DNA of 44,449 nt from Octopus bimaculoides (taxonomy: Eukaryota), in the NCBI RefSeq assembly GCF_001194135.2, contig NC_068999.1, forward strand, positions 29,451,181-29,495,629, written 5' to 3'. Below the pieces are notes generated by a model. It did no database searches. It was not told the origin of the DNA and saw only the letters and a list, made by a program, of their open reading frames with translations. Positions 1-12,200 of the stretch are shown here, in pieces. The first letter of the stretch is position 1, and every line of letters starts with the position of its first letter. A program made the position numbers and the translations under genes.

Positions 1-240
1 TATATATAGCTGTGACTGATGAAATATCACTATTTCTGTAATGATTTGTACTGGATGAAGGACCAATTTTGTTAAGTAAACTTTAATTTTGTATTAAACA
101 CACAGGCACAGACAGACAGACACACAGACAGACAGACACACAGACACACACACACACATACACACAGAACTATACATATGTGTATATACATAAATAGAAA
201 CACTCTTACATCCAGATTTTCCAACCCATACCAGCGCGGG

Positions 241-490
241 AATCAAACATTGGACAAGGATGATGGTGATAATGATATTAAATTCAGACAATTTTTTGAA
301 AAATAACTTTTATCAACCAACTTGTCATCTATTGAAAGAACTGAACAGCTGTATAGATGTAAGCATATTTTTTCTTCCTCCTTTCTTCCTTCTTTCATTC
401 TTTCATTTTTCCACTGACACTCCTTTCAGATACACAGGCACACACACAGACACATACACACGCACACAAAAAAACACACACTCTCTCTCA
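241..490. repeat. Unclassified dispersed repeat, partial copy 1 (contains CA/CT microsatellite)
   Basis: AATCAAACATTGGACAAGGATG...ATTGAAAGAACTGAACAGCTGTATAGATGT...ACTCCTTTCAGATACAC is repeated immediately at 491-700 and again from 26933. Confidence 0.85.
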
Positions 491-945
491 CTGGACAATG
501 ATGATGACGATGATAATAAATCCAGACAATTTTTGTGCCATTTTTAAAGGCCAAGAATCAACTCACTTTCAATTGAAAGAACTGACCAGCTGTATAGATG
601 TAAACACATTTTTTCTTCTTTCTCTCTTCCTTCTTTCTTTCCTTCTCGTTTCCATTGACACTCCTTTCAGATACACACACACACACACACACAAATACAC
701 ACACTCTCTCTCACTTTCTCCCCATTCCTCACCCTCTTTTACTATCCTATATCTCTCTCCACCCCTACACAATAATATTATAAAAAGAGACGAATCCCCT
801 CAAAAAAATATAAATCTGAAGTTTCTACTAGAATAGATGCAAGCGCTAATATATGATTTATAAAAACATGTGACATATTAATAAAAATCTGTAAATGTAC
901 AACCATCCAGATCTCTGAGTACCTTATTTTTTCTAATATATATAT
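491..945. repeat. Unclassified dispersed repeat, copy 2
   Basis: Colinear with 26940-27430, including AAAAAGAGACGAATCCC, ATGATTTATAAAAACATGTGACAT and CTGAGTACCTTATTTTTTCTAATATATA. Confidence 0.85.
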
Positions 946-1059
946 TATGTATGTATCATTTAAATTTGTTGTTAATTATTTTATGTAAATGTTTATCGGA
1001 GGTTAATTAAATTGAATCATTTTCTTTTGTTGTTGCTTTGCTGGATCTTTTTGAAGTTG

Positions 1060-2135
1060 ATTGTGAAGTTCCGTAGCCAGAGCTCACTAATCCAAGCTTG
1101 AGAAGACTCTTCAATTCTATCAATAAGCCATTACCATCTCATTCTACGTGCCGAAATTATGTTGATATACTTAGAGCAAATACGGTTGAAAATTGCAAGA
1201 GCTGTCTGGCTGATCAAAATGTATTTTTAATTGTTGATGAAAGTGAGATCGATGACAAAAACATTGTTAATGTACTTATTGGTTCACTTAAAAGTCCTCA
1301 AAAAACGTTCTTAATAGAATGTTTGCCACTTCAATCAGCTCTAATTACCACAGTCATAGCTAAGAAGTATGACGGTTCCAAGAGAAAATTTTCTCTCACT
1401 ATTGTCTGGTGTTGCTCAGATAGCTGCTGGAGAAATTTTGCAACTTATGTACTCTAATCACTTCCATGTAACTTACTTCTCCTATATACTACACAATTGT
1501 ACTCCAAAAATAAAAATTTTCTACTTTTCAGTCGATTGTCTGAGTGCCACCGTCAATGCTGCTACTGTAAAAAACAAACACCTTAGACAGCAATTCAAAA
1601 CAATCAGACATTACCCCTCAGGCAATTGAGACCAAGTTGGGTAGCTGGTTGGTTGCCTGAAATTGCTGTACCAAGAACTTTGCAGAAGTTACAAAAATTG
1701 TTGAGAGTTTTGAGGACAGAGGCATTTTGGTGCAGTCATTGAAAGAAGCTGTGCGAAATACTGAGATCAGGAGTAACCTCGCCCAAATTTCTTCAAACTA
1801 TCTGTAGTTGAAAGAGTTGATTTTAAAAGCTAAGTCAACAGCCTTCACCATCTATGATGTTTACAAAAGCCTCAAAGAATTGAAATTCAAAAAAACCCAT
1901 GTTGCATCATGAATTACATTGATTTTAGATTAAATAAAAACCAAATTAATTTAGTAACTCAGCTAATGAAACTTTAAGTTTTACCCGTAGAATATGCAGA
2001 TCTGATACGATGCCAACTGACATCAGCTGCTGTAGAATGCAGTTGCTCAATACTGAAAAATATTCATTTAAATGACTAGAATTTTTTGCCTACAAATATA
2101 AGGCATTACATTCTGTACTATAATAAATTTCCACA
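1060..2135 (+). pseudogene. Decayed hAT-superfamily (CGGBP1-like) transposase
   Basis: Across frames: FLIVDESEID (first catalytic D); FLSLLSGVAQIAAGEILQLMYSNHFHVT..ILHNC (decayed SDAA..M / HVTCxAH); PQAIETKLGSWL (decayed PVxTRWGSWL); C-terminal CQLTSAAVECSCSILK (TSxxVERSFS dimerisation motif). Stops and frameshifts present; TIRs not identified. Confidence 0.75.
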
Positions 2136-2480
2136 ATAGTTATTTTTAATTGCTTTAGTAATACTCGTATATAAAATAATCAAAACTAGAGTGAACTCCC
2201 TAATGTTTATGAATTTATTAATAACTAACTTAAAAGCCACCCTATCGGGCGGCTTTTAAGCTAGCTCCTGTGGCGGGCTCTTCATTGGGCCTTGGGCCCA
2301 ACAATGACACTTCATGCATTGAGTACATATTAAATATTATTAAACTTGACCAATATTTTTCAAGCAATGAACAATATTCATCAAAACAATGATATAATTT
2401 GTCGACTTGGAACTTATTGCAAAAATGAATGATAAACAACATTTTTGTCTTCCAATTCAGGGATCAGTATTCTATCTAAC

Positions 2481-2582
<102 letters not shown>

Positions 2583-3197
2583 GTTGATTGTTTTCAACCA
2601 TCACCATCGCCATCACAACTGCCATACACACACCTTTCAGACTTCTGATGCCACCAATATCAATACCTTTGACTTCGCCGCCTTCCTCTCCACAACCATC
2701 ATCACTGTCTTTCACATTGTTTACTATCACTGTCATCCCTGACCGCCTCGGCTACCACCTCCACCACTATCACCACTGTCGCCTCCGCCTCTATCACAAC
2801 TACAGCTCATACTATTGCTATCACATCATTACCATCACAACCGTCAATCAACTACTGCCCTCACCGTCATTGAATAGTGAGAGAGGGGATCAAAGTGTGA
2901 CACACTGACACAGAAATTCGTTTTGGCATTTATTATTATAGATAATAAGGTTAAAATTTGTCAATAAAGTTTTAAAAGTATGAAAATAAGGTTAAAATGT
3001 CTGAAAATAGAGTTAAAATAAAGCAATTTTAAAGGTTATGAGAATTGCCCTAATAATGATACGAATGTAATTGTTAAAAAACTAAGCATTGAAGATGAAC
3101 ATATTATTAAAAAGCATAGATCCAATTCTGTAGATACTAAATATATGGTTGGTATAATCATTAATAATAGTAATAATAGTAACAATAATAATAATAA

Positions 3198-3410
3198 TCC
3201 TTTCTACTGGAGGCACAAGGCCTCATATTTGGGGAGAGGGGACTAGTCGATTACATCGACCTCAGTGTTTCACTGGTACTTAATTTTATCGACCCCGAAA
3301 GGATGAAAGGCAAAGTCGACCTCAGCAGCATTTGAACTCAGAACGTAAAGACGGACTAAATGCCGCAGAGCATTTTACCCGGCATGCTAACGATTCTGCC
3401 AGGCTCAGCA
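3198..3410 (-). mobile_element. tRNA-derived SINE with (ATT)n tail
   Basis: Minus strand: TGGCAGAATCG (A-box-like), GAGTTCAAAT (B-box-like), central GAGGTCGACTTTGCCTTTCATCCTTTCGGGGTCGATAAAATTAAGTACCAG, then a tail into the AAT repeats at 3161-3197. Confidence 0.85.
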
Positions 3411-3415
3411 CTTTG

Positions 3416-3500
<85 letters not shown>
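3416..3500. repeat. (AAT)n microsatellite
   Basis: Direct reading. Confidence 0.98.
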
Positions 3501-4108
3501 GGAATAATAAGGAATATATTCACAGACACNNNNNNNNNNNNNNNNNNNNNNNNNNNNNNNNNNNNNNNNNNNNNNNNNNNNNNNNNNNNNNNNNNNNNNN
3601 NNNNNNNNNNNNNNNNNNNNNNNNNNNNNNNNNNNNNNNNNNNNNNNNNNNNNNNNNNNNNNNNNNNNNNNNNNNNNNNNNNNNNNNNNNNNNNNNNNNN
3701 NNNNNNNNNNNNNNNNNNNNNNNNNNNNNNNNNNNNNNNNNNNNNNNNNNNNNNNNNNNNNNNNNNNNNNNNNNNNNNNNNNNNNNNNNNNNNNNNNNNN
3801 NNNNNNNNNNNNNNNNNNNNNNNNNNNNNNNNNNNNNNNNNNNNNNNNNNNNNNNNNNNNNNNCATAGTAGGTGCCTTAGGTATAATTAAAAAATACTCA
3901 GACAAATACATAACAAAAATACCAGGACTTACAAATATATGTAACATACAGAAAATTGCACTACTGGGTACTGCACACATTCTACGCAAAACACTTTCAA
4001 TACAGTAAACATAAAAGCACCACAGCAAACCACAGCACATACCCAAGGCGCACAGAGCTGCGCTCGGTAGTGAAGTGAAAGCACGTTATAAAAATAAAAC
4101 TACTGAAC

Positions 4109-4143
<35 letters not shown>
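3501..4143 (+). mobile_element. 5'-truncated R4/Dong-type (RLE) non-LTR retrotransposon, spans a gap
   Basis: Before the gap: NKEYIHRH (post-zinc-finger YxxRH motif). After the gap: IVGALGIIKKYSDKYITKIPGLTNICNIQKIALLGTAHILRKTLSIQ* (stop 4006-4008), a typical RLE C-terminus, then a 3' UTR and an (AAT)n tail from 4109. Confidence 0.8.
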
Positions 4144-4144
<1 letters not shown>

Positions 4145-4224
4145 CTTAAGAATAAAAATTACAGTAGAAAAAATTCAATATTAATAATGCTAATACTAAG
4201 AAAATCGTATATATAAATAATAGA

Positions 4225-5000
4225 AAATAAATCAAGGAATATCATATGGTATAATGCACCATTGACATACTCAATAGCTACCAATATTCCTCTAAAATTC
4301 TTTGCTGCACTAGATACGTATTTCCTACCTTCAAGTAAATATGGGAAATTATTTAATCACCATAGTATAAAATTTTCGTATTCAACCACTAGAAATAAGC
4401 AAAATATGTAAACAAGAGTAGAATCGATAATGTGTATTTGTGAAATTAACTCGAATAATAATTTTCTTGAACTAAATTTTGATCCTTTGAGTAATTCTGA
4501 CTCTGATAATACAGTTAAGCCCTAGTTTTAGCATTAATCATAATAATAATAATGATCCTGCTTTAACACCTCAATCTGATTACCAAATACAAATTAATAA
4601 ATGCCTGTTTAATTGTAAAAACAAATTTGTCCTTTAGAAAATCAGAGTTTAAGGAAAAATATAGTCTATCAATGTAAGGTAACAACAGGGGATCGTAAGT
4701 ATTACTTAGGTCCATCTGCTATAATTTGGAAATCTAGATTTCATAATCATTCTCATTAATTTAAATATAGAAGAAAAGATAATTCTGTAAATCTTAGTTA
4801 ATGCATTTGGGATTTAAAAGATATGAACATTGAGTATGATTCAAAATGGTCCATTATTAGTTACACACCATCGTACAATATTAGCAATTTTAAATGTAAT
4901 CCTTGCCTTGAAGAAATATATTATATAATTACTTCTAAATTAATTTTATCACATTTTTGTCACAAATTTCGGAATATTTCAATTCTTAATTATAATTGCT
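4225..5000 (+). mobile_element. Penelope-like element remnant: linker plus GIY-YIG endonuclease
   Basis: KSRNIIWYNAPLTYSIATNIPLKFFAALDTYF..KYGKLFNHHSIKFSYSTTRN; then NCKNK..PLENQSLRKNIVYQCKVTTGDRKYYLG..WKSRFHNH..IWDLKD..KWSII..YN..KCNPCLEE. Several stops. Confidence 0.85.
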
Positions 5001-5602
5001 TTTCATATGTTATATAACGAGCATAATTTTTCAAACAACTTTTACTATATTTAATAAATAGTTAACTAATTTCGTGACGTAGAATCCCTATTTCTAACTG
5101 TCGTAACGTAGAATTCTCATGCTAATTTTTTATTCTTTTGTTATCCTCTGACGTCACCAAAAGTTGAATACGAAAATAGCTTTTCTTAGATCATATTTCT
5201 TCTTAACGTTCTTTCTGTATGCAATCATATACTGGAAATATTTCCTTAGTTTACTTTGAATTTAATTAATTTTGGATCGCCTTTAAAACGTTGTGTGTTT
5301 TCAGAAATATTAATTTTAATTATATTTCTTATATCTAAATATATTGATACAACAGAAACAATTGTCGGCTTTGTATTCTATAATTAAGGATATGAATTTC
5401 TCTATCCGTATTTTTGTTGTCTAATACTCTGAATTTCTCGAACTTTTTCTAAATGATATTTGGATCTACTTATCATACATGAGGAATTACCTTGGATGTG
5501 CATTCTACTTGATTTTATTGGTATTTGATTATTTAATATAGTTAGCCAAATTCGGTTAAAATTTAGCGTTTTATTGATATATGCCTGGATTTTTTTATCC
5601 CT

Positions 5603-5678
5603 TTCTTCTTCTTCTTCTTCTTCTTCTTCTTCTTCTTCTTCTTCTTCTTCTTCTTCTTCTTCTTCTTCTTCTTCTTCT
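5603..5678. repeat. (CTT)n microsatellite running into a gap
   Basis: Direct reading. Confidence 0.98.
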
Positions 5679-5832
5679 NNNNNNNNNNNNNNNNNNNNNN
5701 NNNNNNNNNNNNNNNNNNNNNNNNNNNNNNNNNNNNNNNNNNNNNNNNNNNNNNNNNNNNNNNNNNNNNNNNNNNNNNNNNNNNNNNNNNNNNNNNNNNN
5801 NNNNNNNNNNTATATATATATATATATATTAA

Positions 5833-5883
5833 CTTATACTTGTTTCAGTCATTTGGCTGCAGCCATACTGGGGCACCGCCTTG
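5833..5883 (-). mobile_element. SINE 3' tail fragment
   Basis: Minus strand CAAGGCGGTGCCCCAGTATGGCTGCAGCCAAATGACTGAAACAAG matches a SINE 3' end I recall as abundant in octopus. Confidence 0.6.
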
Positions 5884-5895
5884 AAAAAAGTTCTC

Positions 5896-5964
5896 CGCCC
5901 GCAGAGGGACACGAACCTGCAATCCCCAGATACCACGATGCTCTACCGACTGAGCTAAAAACCA
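5896..5964 (-). pseudogene. tRNA-Lys-like pseudogene (anticodon arm and acceptor stem damaged)
   Basis: Minus strand: TAGCTCAGTCGGTAGAGCAT (20 nt matching eukaryotic tRNA-Lys as I recall it)...ATCTGGGGATTGCAGGTTCGTGTCCC...GGGCG, followed 6 nt later by TTTTTT (5884-5889), a Pol III terminator-like run. Confidence 0.65.
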
Positions 5965-6213
5965 CAAATCTTGTAAATTCAGTTACGCTGGGTTTCCTGG
6001 TCGAATTAATTTATTCTGTCATATATATGTATTTGGCTTGCAAGATTCTTTATGTGAATTCGTGTGTTGAAGCATATTTCATTGTGTCAGGGGAAAATCA
6101 TTCTCTTTTAGTGCTTTAACACACTCACTAACGACTATTGAAGAGGTTGCAAGACGCAAAGAAAGTTTTAGAAGAAATAAATAAGTAAATGAATGGAAAT
6201 CGAACCGGTGTGT

Positions 6214-6231
6214 GTTAAGTGATAAGGCACT
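6214..6231 (-). repeat. Junction motif M, copy 1 (degenerate)
   Basis: Minus strand AGTGCCTTATCACTTAAC directly after the 3' end of copy A. Confidence 0.55.
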
Positions 6232-9000
6232 TTCATTTACCATATAGCTTATACAAATAGGGAACAATAAGGACAGACAAACATAGGGTCAAATAAACAA
6301 TATGAGGGTAAACATTAGATGGAAAAAGGTGAACGACGTATGGAAAACAAGATGCAGTTAGGGATGCAGGGACCACTCAAGCCACGTACCATCACTGATC
6401 TTTTGAAATCATTAGTGTTCGTGCTCAAGTTAGCTCATTAATACATATCAAGCGCGCCACTGTCATCAATCTAGCCGCAAATTTACGCGGTGGCAAGGAC
6501 TTTCTCTCCGGCCTTATTTTTCTTTTTAATTAGAGTTTGAAACAATGTAATAAACCAAAGTTGGAGAGAAAGATGCCTGCTACGATTCCTTTCACACGTG
6601 TCAGCCATACGACCTCTTTCGCAATAGCCACTAGACAGGGAAAAGTGGCCTGTCTTTCCTTGCTGAGGAAAGGCGATGGAACAATCTTGATAATGGACTT
6701 GGTTGATAGCTGTGCTCCTCCTATGCGTGACAGCAGATGTTCGACGTAAACCCATAGCTCTGATATCCGCGAGCACTGCACGATCGTGTGCAGAACACTT
6801 TCACTGCTCCACTGACATCTCGAGCATGTTGGTGTGGTTGAACTACCGTGTCTAAACAGTTTATCTCGAACAGGTAATGCTCCTAGGTAGCACTACCAGG
6901 TCAGGAATATTTTGGTAGTTATTCATAGGCTCTGACCCGAAAGTTTTCCGGAACAGACCGGCAAGTTGACAGTCATCGAAACCCAGTGTCTCCCCTTAGA
7001 CGTCATCACACTTGCCCGCTACTAATTCTCTATAGAACCACCACTGCTCATGTTGCCCGTATGGGAGAGAAGCGAGAGGGCCTGACGGCACACCGCTTGC
7101 CAAGCACCCAACCAGATCTTCGCCTGATCCACGAATTTAGCTCACTAAAGCATGTGAACTGTGGGAAGACAAGTTCAACGACCACAACTGCACACCATCT
7201 AGGTAGAGCCACAGATGTCTCAGCCTCAGCGCATGCCCGCGCATTTTAGCCAAGGTATCCCCACCCCGTTTAGTGGCAGTTGACAGTAGATAGAGCGTCT
7301 GACCAATGGTTTCCTGCCCCTCTACAAAAAGCGAAAGAACAGACGTTCCAACTTGAGCAGCCACGAGTACGGGCACGGCACGATGATTAGGCGGTAGATG
7401 ATGACGGATGGCGATAGACACATTCGCCACCTCTACCCTTCCTTTCAAGGACAGTTTCCTCTCAGCCCATTTCTGGGTGAGATTGGCTACTCTACTCGTA
7501 ACCTCGCCCTAGTTTCTCTTTATCTGGAGATCTGGTCCAAACAAGACCCCTAACAATTTCGCCGGTCCGTCCGTCCAACATACCACGACGTTGTTGGGCG
7601 GCATCGGCCTGCTTCTCCAGGTGCTGAGCTGCAGGCCGACTAACTTACCCTCGTATATTTTTGTTCCTGTCACCACTTCTTAATCCTTTATCGTACCACC
7701 TACTTGTTGTAGGTGGGTACGATGATGGTGATGTCTGCGGACGCTGTCACTGTCTTCCTGCACTCCAGATCAGACAGGATGCATCTCAGAGCCTCCATTT
7801 TCTGCAGTAATAGTTCAAGGGCCAGAACATACAGGAGGGAGGAGAGAGGGTACCCTTGGCGGAGCGAGCGCTCAATGCAGAACGGCTTTGGTTGAAATTT
7901 ATTCACCCGAACGACCGACTGAATGTTACTGTAAAAAGCGGTGATCCATCCGCAAAACTCCGGACAAAACCCAATGGCCTCGAGAACTGCCGCCAAATAC
8001 CGATGGTCAACCCTATCGAAAGACTTAGACTGATCTAAATGAATCAGAGCCCTTCCTGTGCCAAGAATTCTAGCCACCCTCTATATGGTGTAGCGTATGA
8101 GGTGGAGATTGTCGTGTATTGTTCTGCTTGGCATGGCGCAGGTTTGTGCCTCCCCAACCAGTTCATCCATGACATGCGCCAAACTCTTCGGTGGTACCTT
8201 AACCAAAATCTTCAGCTTTGCGTTGAACAGAGTGATGGGCCTGAAATTATCATATAGTCCCCCTTGTTTGGATCCTTTCAAAGCCGCACCACGACCCCCC
8301 ACCCCGCCGGCTTACAGAACTGAGAATGCTCCCATTCTGCCGCCAGTTGGTGTAAATGCTTGACAGTAGGTGTCCAAACAAGTCTGGCATTTTGTAATAA
8401 AATTCGTAGGGTAGTCCATCTAGCCCCGACGACTTGTCCCCGACGCAGCCCGATAGAGCCTCTTCTACCTCCGCAGACGTGATCGGCCCTTCACAGCACT
8501 CCGCTTCCTACCCCGAGAGTTGCGGCAAACCGGCAAGGAAGCCTGTGAAGTCCATCCTGCACCCTGGCTCACCACTCATTCCAAACTGCTGGGTGAAATG
8601 CGGGTTCGTTTATTGTTTGCCTCTGTTGATCGTCCAAAGATTTAATGGTAGCATCGTTTCCACGTTGAGCCTCTACCACACGGACTCATCGAGAGGTGTT
8701 GATTCTCTCTTGTCCCATTGCACGTATTTTAAACCTGACAATGCATCCTTCGTGCTTGGCATTGAGGTGTTGGTCTAGAACCAACCTCGCTGCCAGCACA
8801 TTGGATGCACTGCCTACCTTCATTGCTTCTTCTAGAGATCTAACTAATTCCCTTTCTACTCTATTTTTCTTAAGAACTAATTCTTTGCTAAACTTAATTG
8901 ACTCAAATTCTATGGCTTTTTTGAGGGCCTCTTAACGCCCTCTTAACTAACTCCCTAATTTGGTTACTGGCAGCGTTACAGGCTAGGAGTGATTTGTTCG
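6232..9000 (-). mobile_element. Tx1/L1-clade LINE copy A, 5'-truncated (RT, C-terminal Cys region, 3' UTR)
   Basis: Fragments NFRPITLFNAKLKILVKV, GEAQTCAMPSRTIHDNL, HLDQSKSFDRVDH, SLRQGYPLSSLLYVLALE, TASADIT. Colinear with 9038-11817. Many stops and frameshifts. Confidence 0.9.
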
Positions 9001-9037
9001 CAGCAGCAAAAAGTACGTCCGTTCAGTAGAAAGCACA
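9001..9037 (-). repeat. Junction motif M, copy 2
   Basis: Minus strand TGTGCTTTCTACTGAACGGACGTACTTTTTGCTGCTG between the B 3' end and the A start. Confidence 0.85.
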
Positions 9038-9239
9038 TTTTTTATTCGCCATAAAAGGTTAAATGAAGAGGGAACAATACAGGACAGACAAACGTGGGGG
9101 TCACATAAATAATATGGAGTAAAAATTAGATGGAAGACGATGGATAATGAGTACGGAGAATAAGACGAAGTTAGGGATGTGGGGACCCCACAAGCCATGT
9201 ACCTTTACTGAATTTTTTTGGAAGCCTGGGTGTTCGTGC

Positions 9240-12200
9240 TCAAGTTGCCTCGTTCATTCGCATCAGGTGCGTCACTTCCATCCATCTTGCTGCAAATTTA
9301 CGCAGTGGCAAGGACTTTCTCTCCAGCCTTATTTTTCTTTTTAATTGGAATTTTAAATGATTTATTATACCAAGGCTGGAGAGAAAGATGCTTGTTGCGA
9401 TTCCTTTCACATGTATTATCCATATGACCTCCTTCGCTATAGCCACTAAGGAGACAAAAGGGGCTTATCTTTCCTTGTTGAGAAAAGACGATGAAACAAT
9501 CTTGGTAATGGACTCGGTTGATAGCTGTACTTTTCCTATGCGTGACAGCAGGTGTTCAACATAAACCCATAGCTCTGATATCTGCGGGCACTGCACGATC
9601 GTGTGCAGAAAAGTTTCACTGCTCTGCTCGTATCTCAGGCATATATGCGTGGTGAAACTACTGTGTTTGAAGCGTTTCTCTCGAACAGGTAATGCTCTTC
9701 GGTAGCACTATCAGGCCAGGGATTTCTGGTAGTTATCCATAGGCCCTGGCCCGAAAGTCCACCGGAACAGGCTGGCAAGTTGACCGCCATCGAAACCCAG
9801 GGTCTTCCCTATGACGTCATCACACTTGCACGCTACTAATCCTCTACAGAAGGACGAGGTGGAACCCCTGCCGCTCACGTTGTCCTATGGGAGAGAAGCA
9901 AGAGAGCTTGACAGCATTCCGCTTGCCAAGCACCCAACCTACGTCTACGCCTGATCCACGGGTTCAGGAGGTGAACTGTGGAAAAACAAGTTCAACGAAC
10001 GGTGACCACACCTGCACACCGTCTAGGTAGAGCCAGAGATGTCTCAGCCTCAGCGCATGCCTGCCCATTTTTAGCCAAGACATCGCATTCCCAGCCCCCT
10101 ATTTAGTGGAAGTTGACACAAGATAGAGCGCCTGACCAGTGGTTTTCTGCCACTCCACAAAAAGCAGAAGAGCAGGCGTTTCAGCTTGAGCAGCCACGAA
10201 TACGTGCAAGGCACGACGGTTAGGCGGTTAGTGATGACAGATGCGATAAACACACTCATCACCTCCGCCATCCCTTTCAAGGATAACTTTCTCTCAACCC
10301 ATTTCTGGGTGAGATTAGCTACTCTACTCGTAACCTCGCCCTAGTTTCTCTCTATCTGGAGATCTGGTCCAAACAAGACCCCCTAGCAATTTCACCGGTC
10401 CGTCCGACGTCCCACGACGTTATTAGGCGGCATCGGCCTGCATCTCCAGGTGCCGAGTAGCAAGCTGAGTGACTTATCATGGTTTATTTTTGCTCCTGTC
10501 ACCACTTTATGGCACCACCTACTTGTTGTAGGTGCTTGACACTGGATACAACGACGGTGATGACGTCCGCGTACGCTGTCACTGTCCTTCCGCATCCTAG
10601 ATCTCGCAAGATGCTACTCAGAGCATTTTCTGAAGTAATGGTTCAAAAGCCAAAACATACAGAAGGGAGGGAGCGGGCATCCTTGGCGAACCGAATGCTC
10701 AATGGAGAACGGCTCTGAACGAAATCCGTTCATCCGAACGACCGACTGAATGTAAAGTGCGGTGATCCAGCCTCGAAAGTCCGGGCCAAAACCCGTTGCC
10801 TCGTGGACCGCCACCAAGTACAGCTGGTCGACTCTGTCGAATGCCTTAGACTAATCTAAATGGATCAGAGCACCTCTTGTGCCAGGAATTCTAGCTTCCC
10901 TTTCCATGTTGTAGCGTATGAGGTGGAGATTATCGTGTATTGTTCGGTCTGGGATGGCGCAGGTTCGCGCTACCCCTCTCCAACCAGCTTATCCACGACA
11001 CACGTCAACCTCTTTGGCAACACTTTGGCCAAAATCTTCAACTTTGCGTTAAGCAGAGTGATGGACCTGAAGCTATCTAAGAAGACCCCTTGTATGGATT
11101 CTTTCTTAGTAGCGCCACCAGTCCCACGGCTTACAGAACTAAGAATGCTCTCATTCTGCCGGCAGTTGGCGTAAATGCTTGCCAGTAGGTGTCCAAATAA
11201 GTCTGGCATGTTGTAATAAAATTCGTAGGGTAGACCATCTAGCCCCGGCGACTTGTCCCCGACGCATCCCGGTAGGACCTCTTCCACGATGCAGCTGTGA
11301 TCGGCGAGGAAGTTCGTGACATCCATCCTGCACCCTGTCACGCCACTCGTTCCAAAAAGCCGAACGAAATGCTGGTGAAGGATCTTACACATTTCATCGG
11401 GTTCGTTTATTGATTACCCCTGCTGGTTACCCAAAGACCTTTTGGTAGCATCATTGCCATGTTGAGCTTCTACCACTCGGACCCATCGGGCGGCATTGAT
11501 TCTCTCTTGTTCCATAGCGCTTATCTTAGCTCTGACAATGCATCCTTAGTGTTTGGCCTTGAGCTGTTGGTCGAGGGACAACCTCGCTTCCAGCACGTTG
11601 GATGCACTGCCTGCCCTCATTGCCTCTTCTAGAGACCTAACTAATTCCCTTTTTTCTCTCTTTTTTTAAGAAATAATACTTTGCTAAACCTAATTGACTC
11701 AAATTTGTTTGAGGACGTACCACCAGTTGTTATTTAAGATGGTGCCTGTTAACGCCCTCTTGACTAACTCCCTAATCCGGTTGCTGTAAGCGTTACAGGC
11801 TTGGAGTTATTTGTTTAGATTCCAGTAACCTATCTAGGAAGGCTATTTAAGTCGAGCCAACAGGTCACGAATTTGTGATTCGTGCAGGTGACAATACTGA
11901 ATTGTGCACAACTAAAACTATTTTTGTTGGCTGGTCTAGTAAATACCCCATCTAAGTATGAACTGAAAGACCTGTTGCTATTAGCCCATGTCTGCTTTGG
12001 AGCGTTCAAGTAAGCCAGTCTAAATCCCATCCAGCTGGAAGCGGCTGAGTGGATTTGTGAGACAAAGGCTCCCCTTTCTATTAGAACTTGAGCCAACACA
12101 ATCTACACGCGCATCTAAGATTGTGTTAAAGTCACCTGTGACGACTAAAGTGTGTGACGCTCCCAGGAAATTCTCTAGGTGTCTGAAATAGACTGTCCAG

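Noticed and set aside
5148-5180. CTGACGT...GAAA downstream of the PLE remnant as a hammerhead
   Set aside because: Core mismatch and no stable stem II.
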